A stretch of 64,000 bases of DNA from Sulfurovum sp. (GTDB lineage: Bacteria > Campylobacterota > Campylobacteria > Campylobacterales > Sulfurovaceae), in NCBI GenBank assembly GCA_002733355.1, contig NVVN01000001.1, positions 189,091 to 253,090 on the forward strand, written 5' to 3'. How positions within the stretch are numbered: the first letter of the stretch is position 1; every line of letters begins with the position of its first letter. A program made the translations under genes and the position numbers. Of the stretch, positions 20,209 through 30,341 are shown piece after piece. The notes below the pieces were generated by a model. The model was not told the origin of the DNA, did not search any database, and saw only the letters and a program-made list of their open reading frames with translations.

Positions 20209-21378
20209 TTATGCTTGTAATGTTTCTGATTTCATGCCAAGAGCGTCATATATCTCTGTCATGATCAATTCAACTGGTAATGTCATACCACCATATACTC
20301 TTGGTCCCTCTATAACATCTGCACTGTTAGGTATAGATGCTTGAACTTCTTTACATAACCATCCGATTATGTTGTGCTCAGGAACGATAATTGCTTTTGA
20401 ACCTTTAAGTGCTTCTCTGATTTCTGCTTTTGGCCATGGTCTAATAGCTCTTACTTTAACAAAACCAACACTTAACCCTTCTTCTTGAGCATATCTGTTT
20501 GCTTCTCTAGCTTGTGCAGCTGCACAGCCTGAGGCAACAAGCATTACGTCAGAACCTGGATTTTGTACTTCAAGTGGTCCACCAAGGTATTGGTAGATGT
20601 ACTTCATTGCTCTTGAGTTTGAATCCCAAATCTCTTGTTGCCATACTGAGTGAATCAAGTAAGACATAAAGTTTGATTTTTGTACAGGCGCATCTCTTTG
20701 GATTCTTGCCGGTGGCACTTCGTTATCCATTGCTGGAACTGGTGCATGGTAAGGATCGTTTTCTAGGAATGCTAATTCTTCAGACATCATTTCAACGTAA
20801 CCTTTTGCATGTGTTACAAAGAAACCTTCTGTTGAAACAGATACAGGAATATATACATCTACTTTTTCAGTAATTGCAAATGCAGCCAATGTCATGTCAA
20901 ATGTATCTTGCTGATTTTCAGCATGCAACATAACAATACCTGAGTGCATAAGGTATGCCATCTCGATGTTATCTGGTTGGATTGAAAGAGGTGCATTAAT
21001 AACACGAGTCAGTACGCCTAGTACACATGGTACTCTGTGTCCTGGCCATGAAACGATTGCTTCAAGTCCTCTTAGAAGTCCTGGTCCTGATGTTGCTGTA
21101 AACAAACGNACACCTGCTCTAGCNGCACCTGCGATTGCAGACATTGTACCAAGCTCTTCTTCTGCTCTGTAGTACTCTTTAATNTGACCTTGTGCNAANA
21201 TATCACCAACAAGGTGCATAACTTCTGACTGTGGAGTAATAGGATAGGCAATTGCCATATCAACACTTGCTCTTTTTACAGCTTCAGACATTGCTTGCGC
21301 ACCAGTAATAAAATGCTTTTCTCTTGGAGCCTCATTTAAGAGGTAGTCCATATCTACTAATTTTTTATTTAAACTCAT
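20209..21378 (-). CDS. forA: Oxidoreductase alpha subunit (probably For/OGOR)
   Basis: YPITPQSE, ATSGPG, EGFFVTH. Confidence 0.82.
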   Translation of the reverse strand: MSLNKKLVDMDYLLNEAPREKHFITGAQAMSEAVKRASVDMAIAYPITPQSEVMHLVGDXXAQGXIKEYYRAEEELGTMSAIAGXARAGXRLFTATSGPGLLRGLEAIVSWPGHRVPCVLGVLTRVINAPLSIQPDNIEMAYLMHSGIVMLHAENQQDTFDMTLAAFAITEKVDVYIPVSVSTEGFFVTHAKGYVEMMSEELAFLENDPYHAPVPAMDNEVPPARIQRDAPVQKSNFMSYLIHSVWQQEIWDSNSRAMKYIYQYLGGPLEVQNPGSDVMLVASGCAAAQAREANRYAQEEGLSVGFVKVRAIRPWPKAEIREALKGSKAIIVPEHNIIGWLCKEVQASIPNSADVIEGPRVYGGMTLPVELIMTEIYDALGMKSETLQA

Positions 21379-21394
21379 ATATTTCTCCTATATC

Positions 21395-22108
21395 TTATTC
21401 AACGTCTGCTACGTGTTCACCTTTTCTACTCATGATGAGACTTCTATACTCGCCATAATCCGCAGGTGTAAGTGAACCCCAATCTTCATCTGGTAAAGAT
21501 GGATTTTGTGGTGGCATTGTTGCTGTATGTTCGATACCTAGTTCTTTTCTAACTTCTACTAGAACATCTCTAAATCTTAGAATATCCGATGCATGCACAT
21601 CTCTAATAGATGCCATTGCTTCTTCGTGACCCATCATTGCACACATAGCAATCGTATAACAATCAGTACCTGCTCTAATCATTCTTAAAGAAAGGTTTGC
21701 ATAATGACAGTGTACACCAATGAAAATACAAGCTTTAATTTTATTATCTAAAATTGTCAAGTTAGGGTGATTCGGATTAATTTCTGCCTTCACATCAATT
21801 TTTGGATATTTAGGTCTATAATCTGGCATAGGAATAATTTTACAACCTGGTATCTCTGATGCCAACTCTAAAATAGCTGCTGATTTGTCTGCAACGTCAT
21901 CTCTCCAATCCCATAATACTTGTGGGCCAGGGAAAATCGTTGGATTCTTCATTGTTAGCATTGCTTTTGCAGCATCTCTCATTGCCTCGTCTTCACTTAC
22001 GACATTTCCATAAAGTAGTGCTTCACCTTCGGGTGAAAGCTCTACCCCCATAGATGGTGCTGATTGCGGCATATAACCTACCGGACCAACTGTTATTTTC
22101 TTTGACAT
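21395..22108 (-). CDS. forD: Oxidoreductase delta subunit (probably ForD)
   Basis: TIFPGP, DYRPKYPKID, GVHCHYAN; DABGE gene order as in Hydrogenobacter for. Confidence 0.8.
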   Translation of the reverse strand: MSKKITVGPVGYMPQSAPSMGVELSPEGEALLYGNVVSEDEAMRDAAKAMLTMKNPTIFPGPQVLWDWRDDVADKSAAILELASEIPGCKIIPMPDYRPKYPKIDVKAEINPNHPNLTILDNKIKACIFIGVHCHYANLSLRMIRAGTDCYTIAMCAMMGHEEAMASIRDVHASDILRFRDVLVEVRKELGIEHTATMPPQNPSLPDEDWGSLTPADYGEYRSLIMSRKGEHVADVE

Positions 22109-22481
22109 ATTCGATTCTCCTTAATATAATGTAATCAAACAATAAAATTTGACTTCAAGCATATAAGCTTAAAAGCATCCTATCTAAAATAGACACATAC
22201 CCTCATGAATAAGAATATGCGAACATTTTAAAACCCGATAAGTGTGTAATATGGTAATGTATCTCTACCTTTTATTATTACATCTTAATTCTATTATAGC
22301 GCAAAGAAAAAACTAAAAAATCTTTGTCTCTGTCTATATTAAAAACCTTATACTGCAATTTAGTCTTTGTATATTTAAGTAAAGGTTAAAGCGATTATAG
22401 CATTCTTGAGATTTTTTCATTTTGTGTATATTCGTCACATTTTTATCTTNCTAAATAATGCTATCTATACTTAAATATTTT

Positions 22482-23048
22482 TTATTTAAAATGTTTTAAA
22501 AAATATGTTTCAACCATAGATTCAAAATACTTCATACGTTTTTTACCTTTTGGCATAGTTGTACGTAAACCTTTCATCTTTTCTAAAAATGAACCCACCG
22601 AATTTGGGATGACTTTTTCAAAATGTTGACGCATCTTCTTTGCAAAAGCAGGTGAAGCACCTCCAGTAGATATGGCTATCGTCAAATCTCCTTTTTGGAC
22701 AAATGAAGGGAAGATAAAATCACAATAAGCTGTATCGTCTACTGAATTGACAAGTACCCGAGAGTCTCTACACTCGTCATAGATTGCCTTGTGCAAATTT
22801 ACGGTATCTGTCGCCACAATAACCATATCAAAACCTTTAATGTCTCCAACCACATAAGCTCTTTCGTAAAGCTTTAGCTGATGTGTATCCACAAGTTCTT
22901 GCATGCCCTTTTCTACTCTTAAAGAGATAACNGTTATCTCTTTTGTAAAAACAAGTAACTTTTCAAGTTTTTCTATAGCAATATAGGAACCACCTATAAG
23001 AAGGATTTTCAAATTACTCATATCCATATATATCGGAAAATATGCCAT
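22482..23048 (-). CDS. Precorrin-2 dehydrogenase / sirohydrochlorin ferrochelatase
   Basis: YFPIY, LIGG, VNSVD...CDFIFP, ISTGGASP. Confidence 0.9.
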   Translation of the reverse strand: MAYFPIYMDMSNLKILLIGGSYIAIEKLEKLLVFTKEIXVISLRVEKGMQELVDTHQLKLYERAYVVGDIKGFDMVIVATDTVNLHKAIYDECRDSRVLVNSVDDTAYCDFIFPSFVQKGDLTIAISTGGASPAFAKKMRQHFEKVIPNSVGSFLEKMKGLRTTMPKGKKRMKYFESMVETYFLKHFK

Positions 23049-23779
23049 TACAACCCTTTCATGAGCGCTTCTCTCACCTCAATCACCCTACCCACAACGA
23101 TTAGTACAGGCGTAGGTAAATCTTTAGCTTCTTCNTAAATATTTCCTAAAGTAGAAATAATCACTTTTTCATCGAGTAGTGTCCCTCTACTTATAACAGC
23201 GATGGGGTATGCGTCGGGTTTACCAATACGCATGAGTTGTACACAGATATTTTTTAGCTGATGCAAACCCATCAAAAAAATAATAGTTTCATCTTGCTTA
23301 AACGTTTCCCAGTCAAGNTGAGCATACCCTTTCTCTGGTGCTTCATAGCCTGTCACTACGCGAAAAGAAACTGATTTTCCCCGATGTGTGATGGGAATGT
23401 TTGCCATCTCAGGTACAGCGATAGCCGAGGTAATCCCTGGTATAAATGCAAATGCAACGCCACGACTTGCCAGATAAAGTGCTTCTTCGCCTCCACGCCC
23501 AAACACGACAGAATCGCCGCCCTTTAAACGTACAACAATATCGTTTTTTGATGCCTTCTCATACAAGAGTGCATTAATTTCATTTTGAGGTAAAACATGA
23601 TGTTTGTTCTCTTTTCCCACATAAATACACTCACAGCCCTCTTTCACTTCTTTAAGCATCTCAACATTAACAAGTCTATCGTAAATAAGCACATCTGCCT
23701 GTCGAATCAAACGCAAGGCTTTAAGTGTCAGCAGTTCCACATCGCCAGGCCCTGCTCCTGTTAAATAGACTTTACCCAT
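23048..23779 (-). CDS. cobA: Uroporphyrinogen-III C-methyltransferase
   Basis: GAGPGD.ELLTLKA, RLKGGD...FGRGGEE. Confidence 0.93.
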   Translation of the reverse strand: MGKVYLTGAGPGDVELLTLKALRLIRQADVLIYDRLVNVEMLKEVKEGCECIYVGKENKHHVLPQNEINALLYEKASKNDIVVRLKGGDSVVFGRGGEEALYLASRGVAFAFIPGITSAIAVPEMANIPITHRGKSVSFRVVTGYEAPEKGYAXLDWETFKQDETIIFLMGLHQLKNICVQLMRIGKPDAYPIAVISRGTLLDEKVIISTLGNIXEEAKDLPTPVLIVVGRVIEVREALMKGL

Positions 23780-23902
23780 AGGTCTTATCCTTAATATTTT
23801 TTATATTTTATCCTATAATCAACTATTAACAGCTTTTTAGCTAAAATAATCCATTAATTTTTATGGGCTTATTAAAAAAGTCTGTCGCGGAGCAAGCATT
23901 GA

Positions 23903-24823
23903 ATGGATAAAGCAAAATATATATGGATGGATGGAAAACTTACGCCTTGGGATGAAGCCAAGGTACACGTTCTGACCCATACATTACACTATGGTAACGG
24001 TGCCATCGAAGGTACAAAAGCCTACAAAACTGTAGATGGCAGATGTGCCATTTTTAAACTACAAGAACATACCCAAAGGCTTCTCAATTCATCTAAGATG
24101 ACTCTGATGGATGTACCTTATACAGCAGAAGAACTTAACACTGCACAAGTGAAACTTTTACAAGAAAATGAACTTTTTGACGGTGCGTACATTCGACCAC
24201 TTGTATACCTGGGGTATGGTGTTATGGGTCTTTATCATAAAGATTGTCCGGTGAACGTTTCGATCTCTGCATGGAAATGGGGAGCATATCTTGGTGAAGA
24301 GGGTCTTACAAAAGGCATACGCCTTAAAATATCATCTATGACAAGAACACCAAACACTTCTGGTATGGGTAAAGCCAAAGCTGTTGCCAATTACCTTAAC
24401 AGCCAAATGGCAAAATTTGAAGCAGTTGAAGCCGGTTATGATGAAGCACTTTTACGTGATGACCAAGGGTACATTGCCGAAGCATCAGGTGCATGTTTTT
24501 TTATGGTAAGAGATGGGAAACTTATCTCTCCGCCATCAGACAACACACTGGAGTCCATCACCCAGCAAACAGTCATCGATTTGGCTACAGACATGGGTAT
24601 TGAAGTGATACGTCGCCGTATCACTAGAGAAGAGATTTACATCTGTGATGAGTGTTTCCTTACAGGAACTGCCGCAGAAGTTACCCCAGTACGTGAGGTA
24701 GATGCTCGTATCATAGGGGCAGGAAGTCGTGGACCGATTACAGAGAAATTACAAACAGCCTATTTTGATGTAGTTGCGGGAAAAAACCCTGACTACATCC
24801 AACATTTAACCTATATAAACTAA
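23903..24823 (+). CDS. ilvE: Branched-chain amino acid aminotransferase
   Basis: HTLHYG, EG.KAY, KAVANY, GTAAEVTP. Confidence 0.95.
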   Translation: MDKAKYIWMDGKLTPWDEAKVHVLTHTLHYGNGAIEGTKAYKTVDGRCAIFKLQEHTQRLLNSSKMTLMDVPYTAEELNTAQVKLLQENELFDGAYIRPLVYLGYGVMGLYHKDCPVNVSISAWKWGAYLGEEGLTKGIRLKISSMTRTPNTSGMGKAKAVANYLNSQMAKFEAVEAGYDEALLRDDQGYIAEASGACFFMVRDGKLISPPSDNTLESITQQTVIDLATDMGIEVIRRRITREEIYICDECFLTGTAAEVTPVREVDARIIGAGSRGPITEKLQTAYFDVVAGKNPDYIQHLTYIN

Positions 24824-24832
24824 GGATAGAAT

Positions 24833-25927
24833 ATGCCAACAGATATGAACGATTATTTTAAAAAGAAAAAACCAAGCGGAAACAACAACAGCGGTGGAAA
24901 TGGTGGAGGTAAGAACTTTGAAAACCCACTTAATAATATGCCAAAAGGATTACCAACTTGGCTAATTATTGTGGGTGCTATTTTTTTAGCATTATTTTTA
25001 CTCAAACCATATACTATTATCAATTCAGGTGAAGTAGGCATAAAAGTAACCACGGGTAAATTCCAATCAGAACCACTTTATCCTGGTCTTCACTTTTTCA
25101 TTCCTGTATTACAAAAAGTGATTCCTGTCAATACGCGTGTCAGACTCATCACCTACACCAATGATGCATCACCTGCATTAGGGGATAGATATAAAGGATT
25201 TGAAGGAGGCTTACGTAAAAATAAAGCCATCCCTGTTCTAGATAGACGTGGACTTACAGTAAATATAGACCTTGCTGTTCAATACTCTCTAAAAGCAGAG
25301 TCAGCACCAGCAACCATCGCTAAATGGGGATCAAGCTGGGAAGAAAAAATTATTAACTCTAAAGTGAGAGAAGTAGTACGTGATGTTGTCGGTCAATATA
25401 CAGCTGAACAACTTCCTGAAATGAGAAATACCATTGCAACTGCTATCCAGACTAAAGTAACAGAAAAAGTAGATGCACTCCCTAACAAGCCTGTAATACT
25501 CTCATCGGTAGAACTTAGAAACATCGTACTTCCCCCAAAAATTAAAGAGAAGATAGAAGAAGTGCAAGCAGCAAAGCAAGATGTAACCATCGCAGAGCAA
25601 GAGAAAGAAAAAGCAAAACAACATGCACAAAAAGCAGCAGAGATTGCACGTGGTCAAGCTGAGAAAAACCGTATCGAAGCACAGGGTGAAGCTGACAAGA
25701 TTCGTATTGAGGCAGAGGAACAAGCAAAAGCGAACACACTCATCTCTAGTTCACTTACCCGTGAACTTCTTGAGCTTGAACAAATCAAAACACAAGCGAA
25801 ATTTAATGAGGCATTGAAAGTAAATACAAATGCTCAAATATTCCTAACTCCTGGTGGAGTAGTACCTAATATATGGGTGGATGCTAAAGGAAGAGGACAA
25901 AAAGCTGCAACTGTTACTGCAGAATAA
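24833..25927 (+). CDS. SPFH/prohibitin-family membrane protein
   Basis: One TM helix, PGLHFFIP, coiled-coil AE/AQ-rich region. Confidence 0.88.
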   Translation: MPTDMNDYFKKKKPSGNNNSGGNGGGKNFENPLNNMPKGLPTWLIIVGAIFLALFLLKPYTIINSGEVGIKVTTGKFQSEPLYPGLHFFIPVLQKVIPVNTRVRLITYTNDASPALGDRYKGFEGGLRKNKAIPVLDRRGLTVNIDLAVQYSLKAESAPATIAKWGSSWEEKIINSKVREVVRDVVGQYTAEQLPEMRNTIATAIQTKVTEKVDALPNKPVILSSVELRNIVLPPKIKEKIEEVQAAKQDVTIAEQEKEKAKQHAQKAAEIARGQAEKNRIEAQGEADKIRIEAEEQAKANTLISSSLTRELLELEQIKTQAKFNEALKVNTNAQIFLTPGGVVPNIWVDAKGRGQKAATVTAE

Positions 25928-25971
25928 TCTCATAGGGTGCTAACGCACCTTACGCATGGAGAAATTTACAC

Positions 25972-26640
25972 ATGACCATAAACTGGAATAAAAACCCCCT
26001 CATCCCTGTAATAGCACAAGATTATGAAACCAATGAAATACTTATGCTAGCATATATGAATGAAGAGGCATACAACCTTACTTTAGAAACTACATATGCA
26101 CACTATTTTAGTAGAAGTAAGCAACGCATCTGGAAAAAAGGTGAAAGCTCTAGCCACACTCAAGAAGTCAAAGATATACTTCTTGACTGCGATGCAGACA
26201 CTGTTATACTTAAAATAAAACAAAATGGTGTGGCTTGTCATACAGGCCGTAAAAGTTGCTTTTTTACTTCAGTGATGCAAGATAAAATTATCTTGGAAAA
26301 AGAAATAAATACCGATGCCATTTATGGTGTAGTCGATACACTTTACCATACTATATTGGAACGTAAAAATGCTTCTGATGAAGCCAAGTCATGGACTAAG
26401 AAACTCTTAGATGACAAAGAACTTATGCTGAGTAAAATTCGTGAAGAAGCGGATGAAGTTTGTGTAGCCATAGATGAAGAAAGTGATGAACAGGTCATCT
26501 ACGAATCTGCAGACTTACTCTACCACACTCTTGTAGGGCTAGGCTACCGTGACATCTCGCCTGATAGAGTCAAACAAGAACTTGCAAGAAGATTTGGAAT
26601 GTCTGGAATATCTGAAAAAGAAAGCAGAACAACAAAATAA
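25972..26640 (+). CDS. hisIE: Phosphoribosyl-AMP cyclohydrolase / phosphoribosyl-ATP pyrophosphatase
   Basis: KGESS, DCDAD, ACHTG..SCF, KIREEA.E, ESADLLYH. Confidence 0.95.
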   Translation: MTINWNKNPLIPVIAQDYETNEILMLAYMNEEAYNLTLETTYAHYFSRSKQRIWKKGESSSHTQEVKDILLDCDADTVILKIKQNGVACHTGRKSCFFTSVMQDKIILEKEINTDAIYGVVDTLYHTILERKNASDEAKSWTKKLLDDKELMLSKIREEADEVCVAIDEESDEQVIYESADLLYHTLVGLGYRDISPDRVKQELARRFGMSGISEKESRTTK

Positions 26641-26643
26641 TGA

Positions 26644-26673
26644 TTAGAGTGTTATCTCTCTAAGACACTCTAA
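26644..26673. terminator. Probable bidirectional terminator between hisIE and purF
   Basis: TTAGAGTGT...ACACTCTAA inverted repeat between convergent genes. Confidence 0.55.
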
Positions 26674-26678
26674 ATCTC

Positions 26679-28046
26679 TTAGTTACTAGAACACCCTGGG
26701 CTATCTGCATTACCACCAGCAAAATACTTCCCATCAAAACTGACCAAAGAATAGCTTCTATCATCACCGAGTGACTCTTTTAGACCTTCTAAAGAAAGAA
26801 AACCTAAAGAGTCTGCACCCATGTTCTTAGCAATCTCTTCAGGTGTAAACTTGGTAGAGATCAACTCATCTTTTGTTGGTGTATCGATACCATAACGACA
26901 GGGAAACTTTATCTCAGGAGCAGCGATGCGCATATGCACTTCTTTTGCACCTGCCTCTTTAAGCATACGTACAATCAGTTTAGACGTTGTTCCTCTCACT
27001 AAAGAGTCATCGATGATTGCTACTCTTTTGCCCTCTATGAGATGTTTTATAGGAGAGAGTTTTAGTTTTACTTTAAGATCACGTATCTCTTGTGTAGGCT
27101 CTATAAAAGTACGCCCTACGTAATGGTTACGTACTATACCCATTTCAAAAGGGACACCTAAAGCATCTGCGTAACCTTTGGCTGCTGCCACACCTGAATC
27201 TGGCACAGGAAGGACAAGGTCTATATCTGCAGGTGTTTCTTTCGCCAATNTTTTACCCATCTCCAAACGCATTTTATANACATTTTTACCATCTATGATG
27301 GAGTCTGGTCTTGCAAAATAGATATACTCAAATGCACAAGGATGGTAGTCAGCTTCAAATATAATTTCAGAAACCGGCTCTTTGCCTTTTTCAAAAATAA
27401 GCATCTCTCCTGGCTCTACATCACGTACAAATACTGCGCCTACAAGTTCAAAAGCACAGGTCTCAGAAGCTACGATGTAGCCACCATCTTTTAATTTTCC
27501 CAAACTCAAAGGTCGAATACCAAAACGGTCACGTATAACAAACATTTTTGTACGACTCTGTATCGCTAAACAATATGCGCCTTCTATCTTTGTNAGCATA
27601 TCTTTAATACGGTCATGCAAAGAGTTTTTTTGAGATTTGGCGATGAGATGAATGATGTTTTCTGTGTCCATATCTGTTTGGAAAATCGCACCTCTGTCTA
27701 TGAGCTCATTTCTGACTTCAAGCTTATTGATAAGGTTACCATTGTGTACTACAGAGATTTCTCCTAGTTTATACTTAGCAAATACGGGCTGCGCATCCCC
27801 AGCAGATTCACTCCCTGCCGTAGAATAACGGTTATGTCCTACTGCACATGACCCTTCCATGCTATCAAGTGTNGCTTGCGAAAAGACATCTGCGACCATC
27901 CCACGTTTTTTATAAAGTTTTATCTTCTCGCCATTGGCGACAGAGATTCCTGTCGCCTCTTGACCACGATGTTGCATAGAAAAAAGCGAATAATACGCAA
28001 CTGTTGAAGCTTTTTTAGCACCAAATACACCAACGATTGCACACAT
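26679..28046 (-). CDS. purF: Amidophosphoribosyltransferase
   Basis: N-terminal MC, QHRGQE, GHNRYST, DDSLVRGTT. Confidence 0.97.
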   Translation of the reverse strand: MCAIVGVFGAKKASTVAYYSLFSMQHRGQEATGISVANGEKIKLYKKRGMVADVFSQXTLDSMEGSCAVGHNRYSTAGSESAGDAQPVFAKYKLGEISVVHNGNLINKLEVRNELIDRGAIFQTDMDTENIIHLIAKSQKNSLHDRIKDMXTKIEGAYCLAIQSRTKMFVIRDRFGIRPLSLGKLKDGGYIVASETCAFELVGAVFVRDVEPGEMLIFEKGKEPVSEIIFEADYHPCAFEYIYFARPDSIIDGKNXYKMRLEMGKXLAKETPADIDLVLPVPDSGVAAAKGYADALGVPFEMGIVRNHYVGRTFIEPTQEIRDLKVKLKLSPIKHLIEGKRVAIIDDSLVRGTTSKLIVRMLKEAGAKEVHMRIAAPEIKFPCRYGIDTPTKDELISTKFTPEEIAKNMGADSLGFLSLEGLKESLGDDRSYSLVSFDGKYFAGGNADSPGCSSN

Positions 28047-28047
28047 A

Positions 28048-28815
28048 TTATATTCCTAAACAGTCATTAATAGAGTAAAACCCACTCTCTTGGCTGACTA
28101 ACCATTTTGCTGCTCTTATGGCACCTTTTGAAAAAGTCTCACGTGATGTAGCCGTATGGTTAAGCTCTAAAAACTCACCATCATTATAAAACCCTACAGT
28201 ATGACGTCCCACAATGTCACCTCCGCGCAATGCCATTACTGCTATTTCATCTTTGGTTCTCACACCTATCTGCCCATCACGACCACTGACGCGTACTGCA
28301 TCAAGATCTAGTCCTCTACCTTTGGCAGCAAACTCACCTAAAGTAAGTGCCGTACCCGAAGGCGCATCTACTTTATGTTTATGATGCTGTTCTACTATCT
28401 CTATATCAAAGTCTTGCAGAGTACGTGATACCTGTTCTACAAGTTGTTTAAGTAACGCTATACCTGCAGACATGTTTGATGCATAGAGTACTGGCATTTG
28501 TGTAGATGCTTCCATCATGAGATTGTTCTGATGTTCCGTAAATCCTGTAGTCGCAATCACAAGTGGCGTAGGGTTTTCTAGTGCTGCCTCACAAAGTGCT
28601 TGTGTTGCCACTGGAGCAGAAAAGTCTATCACGATGTCACAATTTTCTAAAAGTACTTTCATGCTGTTGGTTACAAGTATATCAGAAGGCAAATCTTTTT
28701 TTAACTCATCAAATACATGTACCGCACTTAAAGGTAAAATATCATCATGCAATAAAGAATCTATCAAAAGATTTCCCACTCTACCTGTACTACCTACTAT
28801 ACCAACTTTAGCCAT
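28048..28815 (-). CDS. dapB: 4-hydroxy-tetrahydrodipicolinate reductase
   Basis: G.TGR.G, E.HH..KVDAPSGTA. Confidence 0.96.
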   Translation of the reverse strand: MAKVGIVGSTGRVGNLLIDSLLHDDILPLSAVHVFDELKKDLPSDILVTNSMKVLLENCDIVIDFSAPVATQALCEAALENPTPLVIATTGFTEHQNNLMMEASTQMPVLYASNMSAGIALLKQLVEQVSRTLQDFDIEIVEQHHKHKVDAPSGTALTLGEFAAKGRGLDLDAVRVSGRDGQIGVRTKDEIAVMALRGGDIVGRHTVGFYNDGEFLELNHTATSRETFSKGAIRAAKWLVSQESGFYSINDCLGI

Positions 28816-29756
28816 TATTGTTGCTCCTGTATATATGAAATTACTTGTAATGCTGCGATAGAACCATCTCCTGCTGCAGAGACTACTTGTTTTGGAGCAT
28901 CTATGCGTAAATCTCCTGCGACAAAAAGACCTTCAATCGATGTATTCATCTTCAAGTCTACAATTACTTGATCTAAGCTGCTCATGTCGCAAATGAATGA
29001 GCCTTTGTCATCTTTAAGTACATCATTCTTTACGTCTTGCCCCACAAAAACAAAAAGTCCTGTGTTATCCATGTGTGTTATTTCATCTGTTTTAACATTT
29101 CTAATATCTACACCTGATAACCCCATAGCATCACCCGTGGCATCTTCTATGACTGAATCAGTAATAAGATGAATATTCTCTTTTCTCATAGCCCTGTCTA
29201 GCGTTGGAGGCGCTGCTCTAAACTCATCACGTCTATGAACCACATACACATCAGAACAAATGTTTGAAAGAAAGAAAGCTTCTTCTAGTGCAGTATCTCC
29301 ACCACCTAAAACTGTAACGGGTTTATCTTTGTAAAAGAACCCGTCACATGTGGCACATGTACTCACNCCTCTACCAAAGAATTCATCTTCACCCTTAAAG
29401 CCAGCACGTTTTGGTACAGCTCCGGTGCAGACTATCACCGTTTTTGCTTCAACCGTATCTCCACCTTGAAGTGAAACAGTAAAATATTCACCTGTTTTAG
29501 CAATGGATTCTACTTTTTTCATCTCATGTTTTAAGCCAAAACTAAAACACTGTTTCTGCCAGGTATCCATAAAATCTAATCCCGTTTTTGTGCTATCAAA
29601 AAAACCTGGGTAATTCTCTATCTCAGAACTTTTTGTAATTTGACCACCAGGCACTCCCATCTCAAAGAGAGAAACATTTTTTAATCCACCACGTGTNGCA
29701 TAGAGTCCNGCCGTAAGTCCTGCAGGTCCGCCACCGATGATTGCACAATCTAACAT
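28815..29756 (-). CDS. trxB: Thioredoxin reductase
   Basis: GGGPAG, CATC, GGGDTA; start MLDCAII after AAGGA. Confidence 0.96.
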   Translation of the reverse strand: MLDCAIIGGGPAGLTXGLYXTRGGLKNVSLFEMGVPGGQITKSSEIENYPGFFDSTKTGLDFMDTWQKQCFSFGLKHEMKKVESIAKTGEYFTVSLQGGDTVEAKTVIVCTGAVPKRAGFKGEDEFFGRXVSTCATCDGFFYKDKPVTVLGGGDTALEEAFFLSNICSDVYVVHRRDEFRAAPPTLDRAMRKENIHLITDSVIEDATGDAMGLSGVDIRNVKTDEITHMDNTGLFVFVGQDVKNDVLKDDKGSFICDMSSLDQVIVDLKMNTSIEGLFVAGDLRIDAPKQVVSAAGDGSIAALQVISYIQEQQ

Positions 29757-29908
29757 TTGATATTCCTTTAAAAAAGTAAAATTTTTAATCAAATAGTACT
29801 TATTATACAGTGATAATACTTGGTTAAAAATTTTAAGAGATTGTATCTAAATAAAGTGTAAAAGAGGTGTAGTAAAGAGGGGGGAAATCCCTCTTTTAAA
29901 TGTATAAC

Positions 29909-30226
29909 TTACAGTTGTGCGTTTATTTTTTCTGCAAATGCATCTTTAGAAGCTGCACCTACCATTTGGTCAACCATTTCACCATCNTTAAAGAAAAGAA
30001 TCGCAGGGATAGATCTGATACCGTATTTTGTAGCGATCTCTTGTTGCTCATCTGTGTTTACTTTACAGATTGTTGCTTTTCCGTCAAAATCTTCAGCTAG
30101 TTCTTCGATAACGGGAGCAATCATTCTACAAGGTCCACACCATGGAGCCCAAAAGTCTACCATTGTTACACCTTCTGCTATTGTTGCATCAAAGTTGTCG
30201 TTTGTTAAATCTACATATTTTGCCAT
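29909..30226 (-). CDS. trxA: Thioredoxin
   Basis: WCGPC active site. Confidence 0.97.
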   Translation of the reverse strand: MAKYVDLTNDNFDATIAEGVTMVDFWAPWCGPCRMIAPVIEELAEDFDGKATICKVNTDEQQEIATKYGIRSIPAILFFXDGEMVDQMVGAASKDAFAEKINAQL

Positions 30227-30341
30227 ATTTATTCCTTTAAATGTTTATTTTGTCATTATACAATAATTTCTATAATAGAATTATTGTTATAGCTTATCTT
30301 TTTTATTTTGTCAACTTTTTTGTGTGTTAAAACACAACTTT

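Noticed and set aside
25932..25953. REP-like hairpin TAGGGTGC-taac-GCACCTTA
   Set aside because: Single copy in the window; cannot be told apart from an ordinary intergenic hairpin.
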